Below are positions 18,249 to 27,238 of a stretch of DNA of 64,000 nt, in pieces. The position numbers and the translations under genes were made by a program. The notes under the pieces were generated by a model. That model was given only the letters and a program-made list of their open reading frames with translations, was not told where the DNA came from and made no database searches. The stretch's first letter is position 1. Every line of letters begins with the position of its first letter. The stretch comes from a virus: the IMG/VR virus record IMGVR_UViG_3300014137_000003; one strand, written 5' to 3'.

Positions 18249-18879
18249 TTTCTTAATTACTGAGTCTTATGGTCATAGTGGTAAGTTTTTTGAAACTAGT
18301 TCTAAGCATATTGTACAGGTAAAGAGTCGTCCTTTCCTTTATTCTTTAGAAGAGAGTAAGGCAGGAAAGAGGTTAGAATACCTAGAGGCTTTACAGTTTG
18401 ATGGGAGTGTAGGTGTTTCCAACCTTGAGGGGTATGCTAGTGTAGGTTTTGTAATGGGCTTGCTAGATAAGTTAGGGCTAGTCAAGGACAAGGGTTATGT
18501 ACCTTATCGCTTACGGGATTACTCTTATGCCATAACCTATGGAGAATTGGGGTATCTTTTAGCTTACGCTTGTAAGCGTGAGGAAGACTTCCCAGCATTA
18601 GGTAAGTATAAACCTAGTGACCCTAAAATGAAGATTTCTATAATTAGTGTAGAATCGGAAGGTCAAAGGGTACCAGAATTTAGGCTTGGGCAGTATAGCT
18701 CGGATACTTTATTTAGTAAGTATCTAGAGGACATTAGGTTAGGTAGTCGCCCAGTACCGTTACCTTTATTCTATGGGTTCAGGGAGTATTTCTCTGAAGA
18801 GGATGTAACTCTTTTAGGTCAGGTACCGAGGGGAAAAGTTTTAGATTTATTGGGTGTTGATTATTTAGAAGACAAATAG
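18208..18879 (+). CDS. hypothetical protein (GTG start, overlaps upstream gene by 41 nt)
   Basis: AGGAGG at 18192-18197 precedes the GTG at 18208. The start is uncertain. Confidence 0.5.
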   Translation: MKVLKITNKNGRTDFLITESYGHSGKFFETSSKHIVQVKSRPFLYSLEESKAGKRLEYLEALQFDGSVGVSNLEGYASVGFVMGLLDKLGLVKDKGYVPYRLRDYSYAITYGELGYLLAYACKREEDFPALGKYKPSDPKMKISIISVESEGQRVPEFRLGQYSSDTLFSKYLEDIRLGSRPVPLPLFYGFREYFSEEDVTLLGQVPRGKVLDLLGVDYLEDK

Positions 18880-18897
18880 ATAGCAGGGTAGTAGTAA

Positions 18898-20151
18898 ATG
18901 AGTAAGTTTTTTGATGTAGAAGAAGTAGATTTCGACCTATTGGGTGCTAAGAACCCTTTGAGGTCGATACTAGAGGGGTATGTAAGCACTCTAGCTGAAG
19001 AAGGAAGAGGTTTCACCTTTGGGAGAAGGGTAGACGATCGACAGGTAGATGTCTTAAAATTAGAGGATAATGTAGGTCAAGTTTTGGGTAATAAACTTAA
19101 AATGTTTTATCCAAATGTATCTCCTTACCTAGCAGCAGCTAAGTATTTCTTAAGGGATTTCCTTTGTTATATTGAGGTTCCTACGTTCCATACTGAGCGT
19201 GAGACTGGTCTTAAGAAAGCTAGTTATACTAAGTTTTTAGCGACTGCAAATTTGGAAGTAGCTAACTTTTGGGTAGATGGTGACTTATCTGAGACTGTTT
19301 CTAAGTATGAAAAATCAGTAATCCATTTTGATGAAGTAGAAACAGACGACTATGAAGTACCTATTCTTAAGCTAGGTTCAAACAAGAATGGTAGAAGTAT
19401 TACAAGACCTCGTTCTTACTTAGATTTATCTAAGAAGGGAACTAGGGTAGTACCTGTGTTCGCTCTTAAGTCTTATGTAGACACTTTGTATAAACGTATT
19501 CATTCGAACGTAGCTAGGGTAACCTTTATTAAAGATAATGGTACTTTACGAGAGTTGGATACTTGTATGTCTGAGGAGTTATTGGTAGACCTTTACAAAG
19601 ATTCTTCTTTTGTAGCAGGAATGCTTGAGAGTGCTTACGATGGTGACTTCCTTGGCTCTAAGGTTATAGACAGGGGGTATATCCGAGTGCCAGAGGTTGG
19701 CTCTAGTATCTACGATGGTTCAGGTATCAGGGCTATCTCTTATACTAGGATTGCCGAAATTCAGTATGGGGTAGAGCCGGACATGGAGTTTGCAAGGGTA
19801 GACTTGGATGGAGTTGTTTTTTCTTTCTCTTCTAAGCTTTCAAAACTTACATTGGATGAAGTAGGTCGTGTAGCTAATGCACTTGTTGCTGATGGTTTCG
19901 ATGTATCTAGCTTGATTGATTCTGAAGGACGTCACAAGTTCCAGATTGATTCTTATCAACTTGAGAATTGGGCTGACTTGATGAACCGAGTTCTATCTAC
20001 TACATTCCAACGTAATTTATATTTATTTATGGTATCTAATCCTCAGTGGTTCGGTGGTTACACTGGAGAGAGGGTTAGTCTTGCGAGTGAGGTTAATCTA
20101 GGTGGCTTTAATTCTGCAAGTATCTTGGATGACCTAGATGATTTAGAATAG
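18898..20151 (+). CDS. hypothetical protein; shares a short beta-rich module with the next ORF
   Basis: VARVTFIKDNGTLRELDTCMSEELLVDLY ... RGYIRVPEVGSS..GIRAISYTRIAEI resembles segments of the 20165-21793 product. Confidence 0.65.
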   Translation: MSKFFDVEEVDFDLLGAKNPLRSILEGYVSTLAEEGRGFTFGRRVDDRQVDVLKLEDNVGQVLGNKLKMFYPNVSPYLAAAKYFLRDFLCYIEVPTFHTERETGLKKASYTKFLATANLEVANFWVDGDLSETVSKYEKSVIHFDEVETDDYEVPILKLGSNKNGRSITRPRSYLDLSKKGTRVVPVFALKSYVDTLYKRIHSNVARVTFIKDNGTLRELDTCMSEELLVDLYKDSSFVAGMLESAYDGDFLGSKVIDRGYIRVPEVGSSIYDGSGIRAISYTRIAEIQYGVEPDMEFARVDLDGVVFSFSSKLSKLTLDEVGRVANALVADGFDVSSLIDSEGRHKFQIDSYQLENWADLMNRVLSTTFQRNLYLFMVSNPQWFGGYTGERVSLASEVNLGGFNSASILDDLDDLE

Positions 20152-20164
20152 CTAAGGAGTTAGC

Positions 20165-21793
20165 ATGAAAGATAAAGATTTATGGGGTATTCCTTCTCCC
20201 TTTAGTGGAATGGTTGATATCATTCAATCAGAAATAGTATCTACGGTTGGCGTAGGGAAGGTTCTTACTTTACCGACTGTAGCCAGCTTGCTTAATTCTC
20301 ATAAGGGGTTACGAGACTTAGTACAGGAAAAGTTCGAGTCGACTGAGGCAAAGACTGGTAAATATGGTGATGTAGCTTATGACATCCAGTTGCTCCAAGG
20401 GGTACTTCTTACAAGCCTAGTGTTTGGGTATCATAAGCCTAGTGGAAAGGTAGCTCTTTATACTGCTTGCGAGAAAGTATTTACTGCTATTACCCCAGAC
20501 TACAATTTTAACAATAGTAAAACTTATGAATGGAATGTAGAAGGGGTACTAAACGCAGCAAGGGTTGATATTGATTACACTTCCCAAAATACTTTTAATG
20601 CTAAGTTAACTAAGTTGACTGTTAGAACTAAGTTAGTTGCAGATGATTACATTTTTGTACCTTTGGAGAGTGTATCTGCTTTAGTGGGTATTATTAAAGA
20701 CCAACTATCCAAGGGTAGGATTGCTTATACGCAACAGATTGTATCAGGCTTAGTAAAGGAACGATATATCACCATGAACGCTACTGTACTTCGTAAGTAC
20801 TCTGATTCTGAGGGGTTTGCCTCTGATGTATCTTCTAAATCTTTACTACAGTTGGCTAGGCACAAGGCTTATTTCCCAGTAGTTGGTGCTACGTCTAATA
20901 CAGTGGGTATGACCTCTGTGGATTTGCTTTTGCTTGAGAAACTTGGTTTTGTAAAAGACAATGGTTCTCTTGTTGAAGTAAGTGATTTTGGTGGAGCAAT
21001 TCGTTTAGTTGTTACAAGTTTGCTTAGTAATGAACTTGCACGTAACTATTCTGAAGAGTTGCAATCTAAATATAACGATTATATTAGTGGTATCGTAGAT
21101 ATCATTACCCAAGAGAAGTTCTTGGAAGTTGTAGATGACATCGTTACACCAAAAGATATGCCAAGCGATGCTATTGTATCTTTGGAAGCAGCTAACTTAA
21201 TCTTACGAGATATGACAGACCAACAACTCCAAGATACTTGGTTAATGTTTAGGGAAAGGGGTATGCAATCTGAGAACCCTCAAGAGTTGGTTAAGTTGAT
21301 TAGTAGTTCTTATGAGCAGTTACCTACAAATATCTCTACAGAAGAACTTAGGGACTTGCTTAATAATAGTGTTCTCAAGGTAGTTACCACTAAGAAGAAT
21401 GGTTCATTCTCTACTATGTATGTAACTAACAACGAAGACGTCTTATCTCAAGTTTATGGTGCAGATTACCGTAAGAACCTTGAGTCTATTGGGGTACGCA
21501 TTAGGGAAGCTAAAAAATACCTTGGTCAGGGTGAGCTTACTTTCGATGAAGTAATGGAATACTTAGGGTTTGATAGCTTTATTGGTAGGGGACCTGAGTT
21601 ACCTAAGGATAACTTAGCAACTTTTGAAGAGTTAGTGGCTACGGAAAGCAACTACAAACCTAGAAAATCAAATTCTAATGAGAACTTAGTTCAAGGTAGG
21701 CGTCTGTTTGGGGTAGTAACTCCGAAAGGTGTAGATGGTTATTACTGTAATATCGACACAACACGTATTTATCAAATCGTTAAATTAGCATAA
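20165..21793 (+). CDS. hypothetical protein (two copies of the module seen in the previous ORF)
   Basis: AAGGAG RBS. Contains VLKVVTTKKNGSFSTMYVTNNEDVLSQVY ... GRRLFGVVTPKGVDGYYCNIDTTRIYQIV. Confidence 0.65.
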   Translation: MKDKDLWGIPSPFSGMVDIIQSEIVSTVGVGKVLTLPTVASLLNSHKGLRDLVQEKFESTEAKTGKYGDVAYDIQLLQGVLLTSLVFGYHKPSGKVALYTACEKVFTAITPDYNFNNSKTYEWNVEGVLNAARVDIDYTSQNTFNAKLTKLTVRTKLVADDYIFVPLESVSALVGIIKDQLSKGRIAYTQQIVSGLVKERYITMNATVLRKYSDSEGFASDVSSKSLLQLARHKAYFPVVGATSNTVGMTSVDLLLLEKLGFVKDNGSLVEVSDFGGAIRLVVTSLLSNELARNYSEELQSKYNDYISGIVDIITQEKFLEVVDDIVTPKDMPSDAIVSLEAANLILRDMTDQQLQDTWLMFRERGMQSENPQELVKLISSSYEQLPTNISTEELRDLLNNSVLKVVTTKKNGSFSTMYVTNNEDVLSQVYGADYRKNLESIGVRIREAKKYLGQGELTFDEVMEYLGFDSFIGRGPELPKDNLATFEELVATESNYKPRKSNSNENLVQGRRLFGVVTPKGVDGYYCNIDTTRIYQIVKLA

Positions 21794-21809
21794 TTAGTAG
21801 GAGTAGGAA

Positions 21810-23237
21810 ATGAATGGGTATCAATTATATTTAGAGAATATTATAAACGCTCTAGCTAGGGTTGGTATTCATTACCCTCTCAAACTAGAAAGCTATGAGG
21901 ACTTATTTTACACTTCAGAATCTCTAGGTTCGTTCCTAGAGATTAACTCATTTTTACAAAGAGTTGGTGAAGGTTATAGTATTGCAGGCTTAGATGAGTC
22001 TGTAACTTATAGGTCTTACTGGTATTCTGAGTTTTATTTAGAGTTTCAGGAACGTGTCTTGACTACTGATTTCTATAAGGCTTTAGAGTCTGAGGAAGAA
22101 AGCATAGAGGACGTAGAAGACTTAGAAAGTACAGAAGACGTAAAAGAAGAACAAACAAACTCAGAAGAAAAAGAAGTTGCTTCTATAGTTTCACCTTTTG
22201 GTAAGTATTCTAGTATAGTTGGTACCACGTTAGATGGGTTTGACTCTTATGGTGTCCCATTCGATGTTGAGGAGGAAGATGATGGCTCTGAAACGAAAGA
22301 AGAAAACACTGATAGGGAAAAAGAAGATGTTTCTAATTACTCAGGTTTAACTGGTACTAATTCGGATGGTCTAGATGTCTATGGGGTAGATTTGGAAGAA
22401 GAAGTTCCAGACGAAGATGTCTCAAACAAAGGAGAATCGGAAGAAAAAGACTCGGAAGAAGTTGAAGACAAAGACGAAGTATCTGAACCTACTGAATTTG
22501 TTTCTACAGACTTTGATTTTCCAGAGGAAAACGTTGAGGATATAGTAAGTACTGTTGAAGTGCCGACTAGCGAGACTGTGTCTTCTGACGGTTTTGACCT
22601 TTATGGTGTTGAGTTGGAGGATTTCGATGAAGAAGACTCTGAAGATTATAACGAAGAGGACGATCCGAACAATCCAGAAAGTGGAGTAGTGGTTGACTTG
22701 GTAGGTAATGAGTCTGAGGGGTATGTAGAGAACTTCGAAGAGTACGACGAAGAAAACGACCCAGATAACCCAGATAGTGGTTCTTATGTTGATTTAGCAA
22801 CTCCTAGCTTTGAAGAGTATGACGAAGAAAACGACCCCGACAATCCAGATAATGGTAACTATCAGGATTTAGTAGGTGAGGGGTACGAAGAGAACTTCGA
22901 AGAGTACGACGAAGAAAACGACCCAGATAATCCCGACAATGGTAATTATCAGGATTTAGTATCTTCTAGCTATGATGACGAAGATGAAGATTATGAAAAT
23001 GACCCCGATAACCCAGAAAATAGTATTTATCGGGATGTTGTTGAATCCTCTAGCACCCAAGGTTACGTTGAGTCCCCACAACAAACACAAGTTGCCCCTA
23101 ATCCTCCACAAGCTAAACCTAAGCAGGTTAAATCTCCAGTAAATAAAAACATGGAAAGTACGCAAAATATGTTGAACTTTTTAGGAAGGTTTGAAAAAAC
23201 TATACTAGGAAAGGTGAAGAAAAATGGTAAAAACTAA
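21810..23237 (+). CDS. extremely acidic repeat protein
   Basis: Roughly half of the central 300 residues are D/E. Three DG(F/L)DxYGV(D/E/P).. motifs and five (E)EYDEENDPDNPDxGxYxDLV repeats. Basic/Pro-rich C-terminus. Confidence 0.7.
   Translation: MNGYQLYLENIINALARVGIHYPLKLESYEDLFYTSESLGSFLEINSFLQRVGEGYSIAGLDESVTYRSYWYSEFYLEFQERVLTTDFYKALESEEESIEDVEDLESTEDVKEEQTNSEEKEVASIVSPFGKYSSIVGTTLDGFDSYGVPFDVEEEDDGSETKEENTDREKEDVSNYSGLTGTNSDGLDVYGVDLEEEVPDEDVSNKGESEEKDSEEVEDKDEVSEPTEFVSTDFDFPEENVEDIVSTVEVPTSETVSSDGFDLYGVELEDFDEEDSEDYNEEDDPNNPESGVVVDLVGNESEGYVENFEEYDEENDPDNPDSGSYVDLATPSFEEYDEENDPDNPDNGNYQDLVGEGYEENFEEYDEENDPDNPDNGNYQDLVSSSYDDEDEDYENDPDNPENSIYRDVVESSSTQGYVESPQQTQVAPNPPQAKPKQVKSPVNKNMESTQNMLNFLGRFEKTILGKVKKNGKN
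22644..23043 (+). repeat. in-frame degenerate tandem repeats encoding D(Y/E)..E(E/N)DP(D/N)NP(D/E)(S/N)G.Y.DLV
   Basis: Five copies read directly, e.g. gaagagtacgacgaagaaaacgacccagataa recurring at about 22738 and 22899, with variants at 22812 and 22990. Confidence 0.75.
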
Positions 23238-24108
23238 ATTAGATTTACTAACAAAGGCAGAATTCGAAGAGTCTGTTGCTTTGTATCAAGAGGAGGTAGC
23301 TAGACTACCTAAGATAGTACCTCTTATCTATACTGCAAGCGAACTTCGTAAGTCTCTTTTAGAGAGGGACGAGATGTTACGAAAGGCTTTATCTCAGTTT
23401 GGTAAAACTCCTAAGTTGGGGTATCTTGTATCGTCTGAAGGGGGTAGCTTTTTAGTAACTATTGTAAGAAAATCTAGAGAAGACAGTTTAACAAGCAGTT
23501 TTGCTTTTAGGTTTTCGGTAAAGAGTGTTCACTCTTTGTCTAGCTTACAGGATTTCCAAGATGGCGTGTTCTCTCGACTTTTAAAGGAGTTGCTTCTTGC
23601 TCGTAATTTAGAGTATGTCAACTCATTGCTAGAGAGTCAACTAGTAGAAAATAGTTTTTCTATCGAGTTCATGCCTGACATCTTTACGTCAGGATATGTA
23701 TCTTATATCTCTAATTCTAGCTTGGTCTTAGTAGCAGACACAGTTAGTTTGTTTTCATTGGTTGACGCCCTAAAGAACTCAGACATTGAACGTGTTAAAG
23801 AGTTAGAGTATAATAGTCTGAGTGTTTGTCAATCTACTGTAGAGGCTTTAGGTGTCAAATCTCCAATTATTAAATATCTATTGAATAGTGGTAAGCTTGG
23901 TCTTAAGAAGTTACTTAAACCTATTTATAACAAAACAGTTAAGCAATTAAGAACTTACCCTACAGCTTTAGGGTATGGGTATTACTTAGAGGGAAACTCA
24001 TTTGGGGTACTACATCGTAGCGAGTATGGTTTGGAAGTAGTTTTGGATGTATATAATCTAGATACTTTTGAAAAAGAGGATTTAGATTTGCTTGAGGAGG
24101 TTGTTTAG
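23224..24108 (+). CDS. hypothetical protein
   Basis: ORF overlapping the end of the acidic-protein gene by 14 nt. Confidence 0.6.
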   Translation: MVKTKLDLLTKAEFEESVALYQEEVARLPKIVPLIYTASELRKSLLERDEMLRKALSQFGKTPKLGYLVSSEGGSFLVTIVRKSREDSLTSSFAFRFSVKSVHSLSSLQDFQDGVFSRLLKELLLARNLEYVNSLLESQLVENSFSIEFMPDIFTSGYVSYISNSSLVLVADTVSLFSLVDALKNSDIERVKELEYNSLSVCQSTVEALGVKSPIIKYLLNSGKLGLKKLLKPIYNKTVKQLRTYPTALGYGYYLEGNSFGVLHRSEYGLEVVLDVYNLDTFEKEDLDLLEEVV

Positions 24109-24109
24109 T

Positions 24110-24721
24110 ATGAAACCAGAGAAGTCAGAGAAACCAGGGAAACCTATGAAACCGTGGAAAGCAGTTTGCTTTGTCTGTTTCCTTGGGTTTATTGGATTAG
24201 TGGTAGCTTATGCTCTAGGGGGTGTAGGTGTTACGAAGAGGGATGAATCTGCTAAACCAGCAACTTCATCTTCTGTCGCTAAGTCTTCGGATAACCCCTT
24301 GAAGGGTTATGCTACTAAGCCCAAGAAGGTAGAAGACTCTTCGTCTTCGAGTAGTTCTTCTACTAAGGAATCTAGTTCTAGTAAAAAACCTAGTTCCTCT
24401 AGTAGCAGTTCCGAAACAAAAGGTAAGGAATCTAAGACTGAATCAGGGTCTTCGGACCTTCCTCAAGTAAACTACCCTAGCATTAAGTCAGAAGATAAAT
24501 CTACTGCCGTTGTTAGTGCTAAAAAGGTTTACAAGAAAGGTGATACTTTAGTCTTTGCTCTAGAACTTACTTTGCCAACAAAAGAGTTAGGAACAGTAAC
24601 AGTTGAGTACTTTACTTCAGGTGTAAATTACAATACTGTGAAAGTGGGTGACCTCCTATCCGTAGAATATGGGGTATCCTCTGATGGCTCCGTTGCTTTG
24701 GCAGTTGTTAACACGATTTAG
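24110..24721 (+). CDS. membrane-anchored protein with Ser-rich linker
   Basis: ATG 24110 has a GAGGAGG RBS (24094-24100) and is preferred over the track start at 24092. One TM, then an SSSSSSSSTKESSSSKKPSSSSSSSE linker and a C-terminal globular part. Confidence 0.6.
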   Translation: MKPEKSEKPGKPMKPWKAVCFVCFLGFIGLVVAYALGGVGVTKRDESAKPATSSSVAKSSDNPLKGYATKPKKVEDSSSSSSSSTKESSSSKKPSSSSSSSETKGKESKTESGSSDLPQVNYPSIKSEDKSTAVVSAKKVYKKGDTLVFALELTLPTKELGTVTVEYFTSGVNYNTVKVGDLLSVEYGVSSDGSVALAVVNTI

Positions 24722-24750
24722 AAAATTTTTGAACGATTCTTAAATAGCAG

Positions 24751-24834
24751 ATACCTTTAAGCCAGTTGTACTATTGTTAGTGTTATTTAGTTAACATTAG
24801 TTTATTCCCCTAGCTTGAAGGTATTTTTCCTTTG
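24751..24834 (+). terminator. long-range stem (12 bp, about 50-nt loop) plus T-run; possible terminator or RNA structure
   Basis: ATACCTTTAAGC 24751-24762 pairs with GCTTGAAGGTAT 24813-24824 (one G-U), followed by TTTTTCCTTT. Confidence 0.3.
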
Positions 24835-24900
24835 GTTTCGGAGGTGGTTGCAGTATTTCTGAAGGATTTATAAATTTTTTATATTTTATTCGTTAATCGC

Positions 24901-24929
24901 TTGCAATCTAAAAATACTTATGTTATACT
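24901..24929 (+). promoter_or_regulatory. sigma-A-type promoter (TTGCAA-17 nt-TATACT)
   Basis: -35 at 24901-24906, 17-nt spacer, -10 at 24924-24929. Gives a ~70-nt leader to the ATG at 25002. Confidence 0.55.
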
Positions 24930-25001
24930 TATATCAGAAAGTTGGTAGGGGAGGTTTTCCCTATTGATCACCTAAAAATAAAATTTAATGGAGGTGTCCT
25001 T

Positions 25002-25820
25002 ATGGCACTTAATGACACAAAAGTATTGGGAGCAGAACAAGCCCCAGTTGAAGCACCAGAAGAAGTAAAAGCTCCTGCAACAGACGCACAAGCACCACAA
25101 CATGAAGAAGTTGTAGAAAACTTCAATCCTGAAGAACTTGGTTCACTCTCTGACAAGTGGGCTTACGTTGCCGCAATTACTGATGATTCAGTAAAAGACA
25201 ACAACACTATCAAAGATCCTAAGACTGGTAAAGAAAAAGATATCTCTACTGGTAAAATCATTGGTTATGTCTTGAAAGCCCTTGAAGATGGTCTTGAATA
25301 CCCACAAACTAAGATTAACTCTTACTACCGTGACAACATGTTCCGTTTCGAAGGTAATGTTGAATACAAAGTAGCTAAGAAAGGTGAAGAAGTTCAATTT
25401 ACTGTTGCAGAAGCACTTGGTTTGGCAGCGGATCCTAAATTGAATGGTGTTATCTCTGGTGGTAAAGTTTCTGTTAACGCATCTTACACTATTCCTAAAG
25501 CAGGCGGAGATTTGAACTCTAACCCAGAAATTCTTCCAGCTCGTGGTTTCTTGAAACCAGGTAAAGGTGGACCATCTCTTAAAGAATTGGAATTGCGTAC
25601 AGCTATTACTTCTGAATCTAAACCAAATCCTAAGAATCCAAAATTCCCAATCGTTACTCGTAAGATTGTTAAAGGGTTTGAACGTTTTGAACCAGCTATC
25701 GCAGAAAAACCTCGTAAGGCTTCAACAGCATCTGCAGGTGCACTTGAAGATACTTACAAAACTACACGTAATGCGAAAGCAGCAGCCTTCGCAGCAGCAT
25801 TCAATGCTCGTCGTGGTTAA
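25002..25820 (+). CDS. hypothetical protein, monocistronic, probably abundant
   Basis: GGAGG sits 7 nt before the ATG at 25002 (the track start 24942 has no RBS). Own promoter and strong terminator. Codon choice resembles the adhesin genes (ggt/gct/gaa/aaa-rich, no ggg). Confidence 0.7.
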   Translation: MALNDTKVLGAEQAPVEAPEEVKAPATDAQAPQHEEVVENFNPEELGSLSDKWAYVAAITDDSVKDNNTIKDPKTGKEKDISTGKIIGYVLKALEDGLEYPQTKINSYYRDNMFRFEGNVEYKVAKKGEEVQFTVAEALGLAADPKLNGVISGGKVSVNASYTIPKAGGDLNSNPEILPARGFLKPGKGGPSLKELELRTAITSESKPNPKNPKFPIVTRKIVKGFERFEPAIAEKPRKASTASAGALEDTYKTTRNAKAAAFAAAFNARRG

Positions 25821-25841
25821 TAGTTTCTGTAATCTTGGAGG

Positions 25842-25875
25842 ACAGGTCGGGCAGTTTGCCCCCTGTTTTTCTTTT
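25842..25875 (+). terminator. rho-independent terminator
   Basis: ACAGG-tc-GGGCA-gtt-TGCCC-CCTGT followed by TTTTTCTTTT. Confidence 0.7.
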
Positions 25876-25926
25876 GTCTTAAATTGTAGTAGTATTTTTA
25901 GTTAATTTGGTAGGAGTGTGAACTTA

Positions 25927-27228
25927 ATGGTAGAAGAGAGAACGTTTGCTAGGTACTATCGTCCGAATTCTTTGGGTACATACGTTGGTAACCAGCAAGT
26001 AAAGGATACTGTTCGTAATGTAATTAGTAGGGGTCGACGCCCTCAGGTAGTTCTTATTACAGGGTTTACTGGTAGTGGGAAGACCACCTTGTCTCGTATT
26101 TTGATGAAGGAGTATGAGTGTACTGGTCGCAAGAAGGGTGAAGATGCATGTGGGGTATGTGAGTCTTGTAGAGAGTTTGATGAATACATTAAGACTGGCG
26201 TATTAGATAATTTGCCAGATGTTAATGAAATTAACGTTGCCGAAAACTCAGGTAAGGGTGATGTTGTTGACCTCTTAGAAGATAGGGTATATGCTCCAAA
26301 CTATGGAAAGTATAAATATTATTACTTTGACGAAGTGCATAAGGCATCTGACGCTTTGCAGAACTACTTGCTAAAACCTATTGAAGAACCTGAAGAGCAT
26401 GTTGTTTATATTCTAGCTACAACTGACCCAGATAAGTTATTGCCTACTATTAGGAATAGGGCACAGCTTGTACTAAACATTAAGAAGGCTAGTGAGCGAG
26501 ATATTCTAACCTTGTTAGGTTCTATCTGTAAGCAAGAAGAAATCAAATTCGAAGAAGAAGCACTTCGTATGATTGCAACTCGAGCCGATTATATTATTCG
26601 TGAATCTTTAAACTATCTACAACAGGTAGTGGACGCTAATGGCGAATGTATGGCTGAACAGGTATCTAAAGAGTTCGACTTAGTTACAGACTCTGTTATT
26701 TTTAACTTCTATAATGCTTATATCCAACGAGATTATATGCGTTATATGACTGTTTTACACAATATAAAGACAACCATGACTTTTGAGTCTTTCTTAATCT
26801 CTCTAAGGAACTTCACTACTAGGGGTATCTATATCCTTAATGGAATCGAAGTAGAGGGTATGCACAAGGAAGAAATTCGTAAGTTCTCTGAGTTGTTTGG
26901 TAGATTTGATGTAACTCAGTTATCTCTGTTGTTATCTAGGTTACTAACTCTAGGTAATGGTGATATTGAAGCTAACTTACTTAACTTCATTTATCGCCAG
27001 AACTTAGAGGATGGTATTGCTACTAAATATAGTGCTGAAGAGGAACTGGAAGTTGCTCCTAAGGTAGCTATCTCTAAGAAAGAAGAGATTTCTCAACGAA
27101 ACCATAATAAGGAAGTTGCTCGTGAAGAAGCAGAACTTAAAGGACAGTTGGCTTTATCTTCTGAGGTAGAGAGGGTATCTCTCTTGGACAATTTGGACAG
27201 TTTCCAAGTACAGAAAGTAATAAAATAA
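25927..27228 (+). CDS. DNA polymerase III gamma/tau (DnaX)-like AAA+ clamp-loader subunit
   Basis: FARYYRPNSLGTYVGNQQVKDTV.., Walker A GFTGSGKTT, a Zn module C..C..C.SC, Walker B YYYFDEVH, and a sensor-1-like ILATTDP..LLPTIRNR. Confidence 0.8.
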   Translation: MVEERTFARYYRPNSLGTYVGNQQVKDTVRNVISRGRRPQVVLITGFTGSGKTTLSRILMKEYECTGRKKGEDACGVCESCREFDEYIKTGVLDNLPDVNEINVAENSGKGDVVDLLEDRVYAPNYGKYKYYYFDEVHKASDALQNYLLKPIEEPEEHVVYILATTDPDKLLPTIRNRAQLVLNIKKASERDILTLLGSICKQEEIKFEEEALRMIATRADYIIRESLNYLQQVVDANGECMAEQVSKEFDLVTDSVIFNFYNAYIQRDYMRYMTVLHNIKTTMTFESFLISLRNFTTRGIYILNGIEVEGMHKEEIRKFSELFGRFDVTQLSLLLSRLLTLGNGDIEANLLNFIYRQNLEDGIATKYSAEEELEVAPKVAISKKEEISQRNHNKEVAREEAELKGQLALSSEVERVSLLDNLDSFQVQKVIK

Positions 27229-27238
27229 GAGGTTGATT

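Noticed and set aside
16459-24721. Possible phage structural (capsid/portal/terminase) module, i.e. prophage or jumbo phage
   Set aside because: I recognised no terminase Walker motifs, portal, capsid or tail signatures. The presence of LPxTG adhesins and VirB4/FtsK-like genes argues for a conjugative element. This cannot be excluded without profile searches.
25567-25905. Alternative-frame + strand ORFs (25567-25905, 4859-5053, 38095-38337, 54075-54326)
   Set aside because: Each lies out of frame inside a longer ORF that carries the recognisable motifs. None has an RBS.
25927-27228. Programmed -1 frameshift site as in bacterial dnaX (A AAA AAG)
   Set aside because: I found no A AAA AAG-type slippery heptamer within this ORF on reading it.
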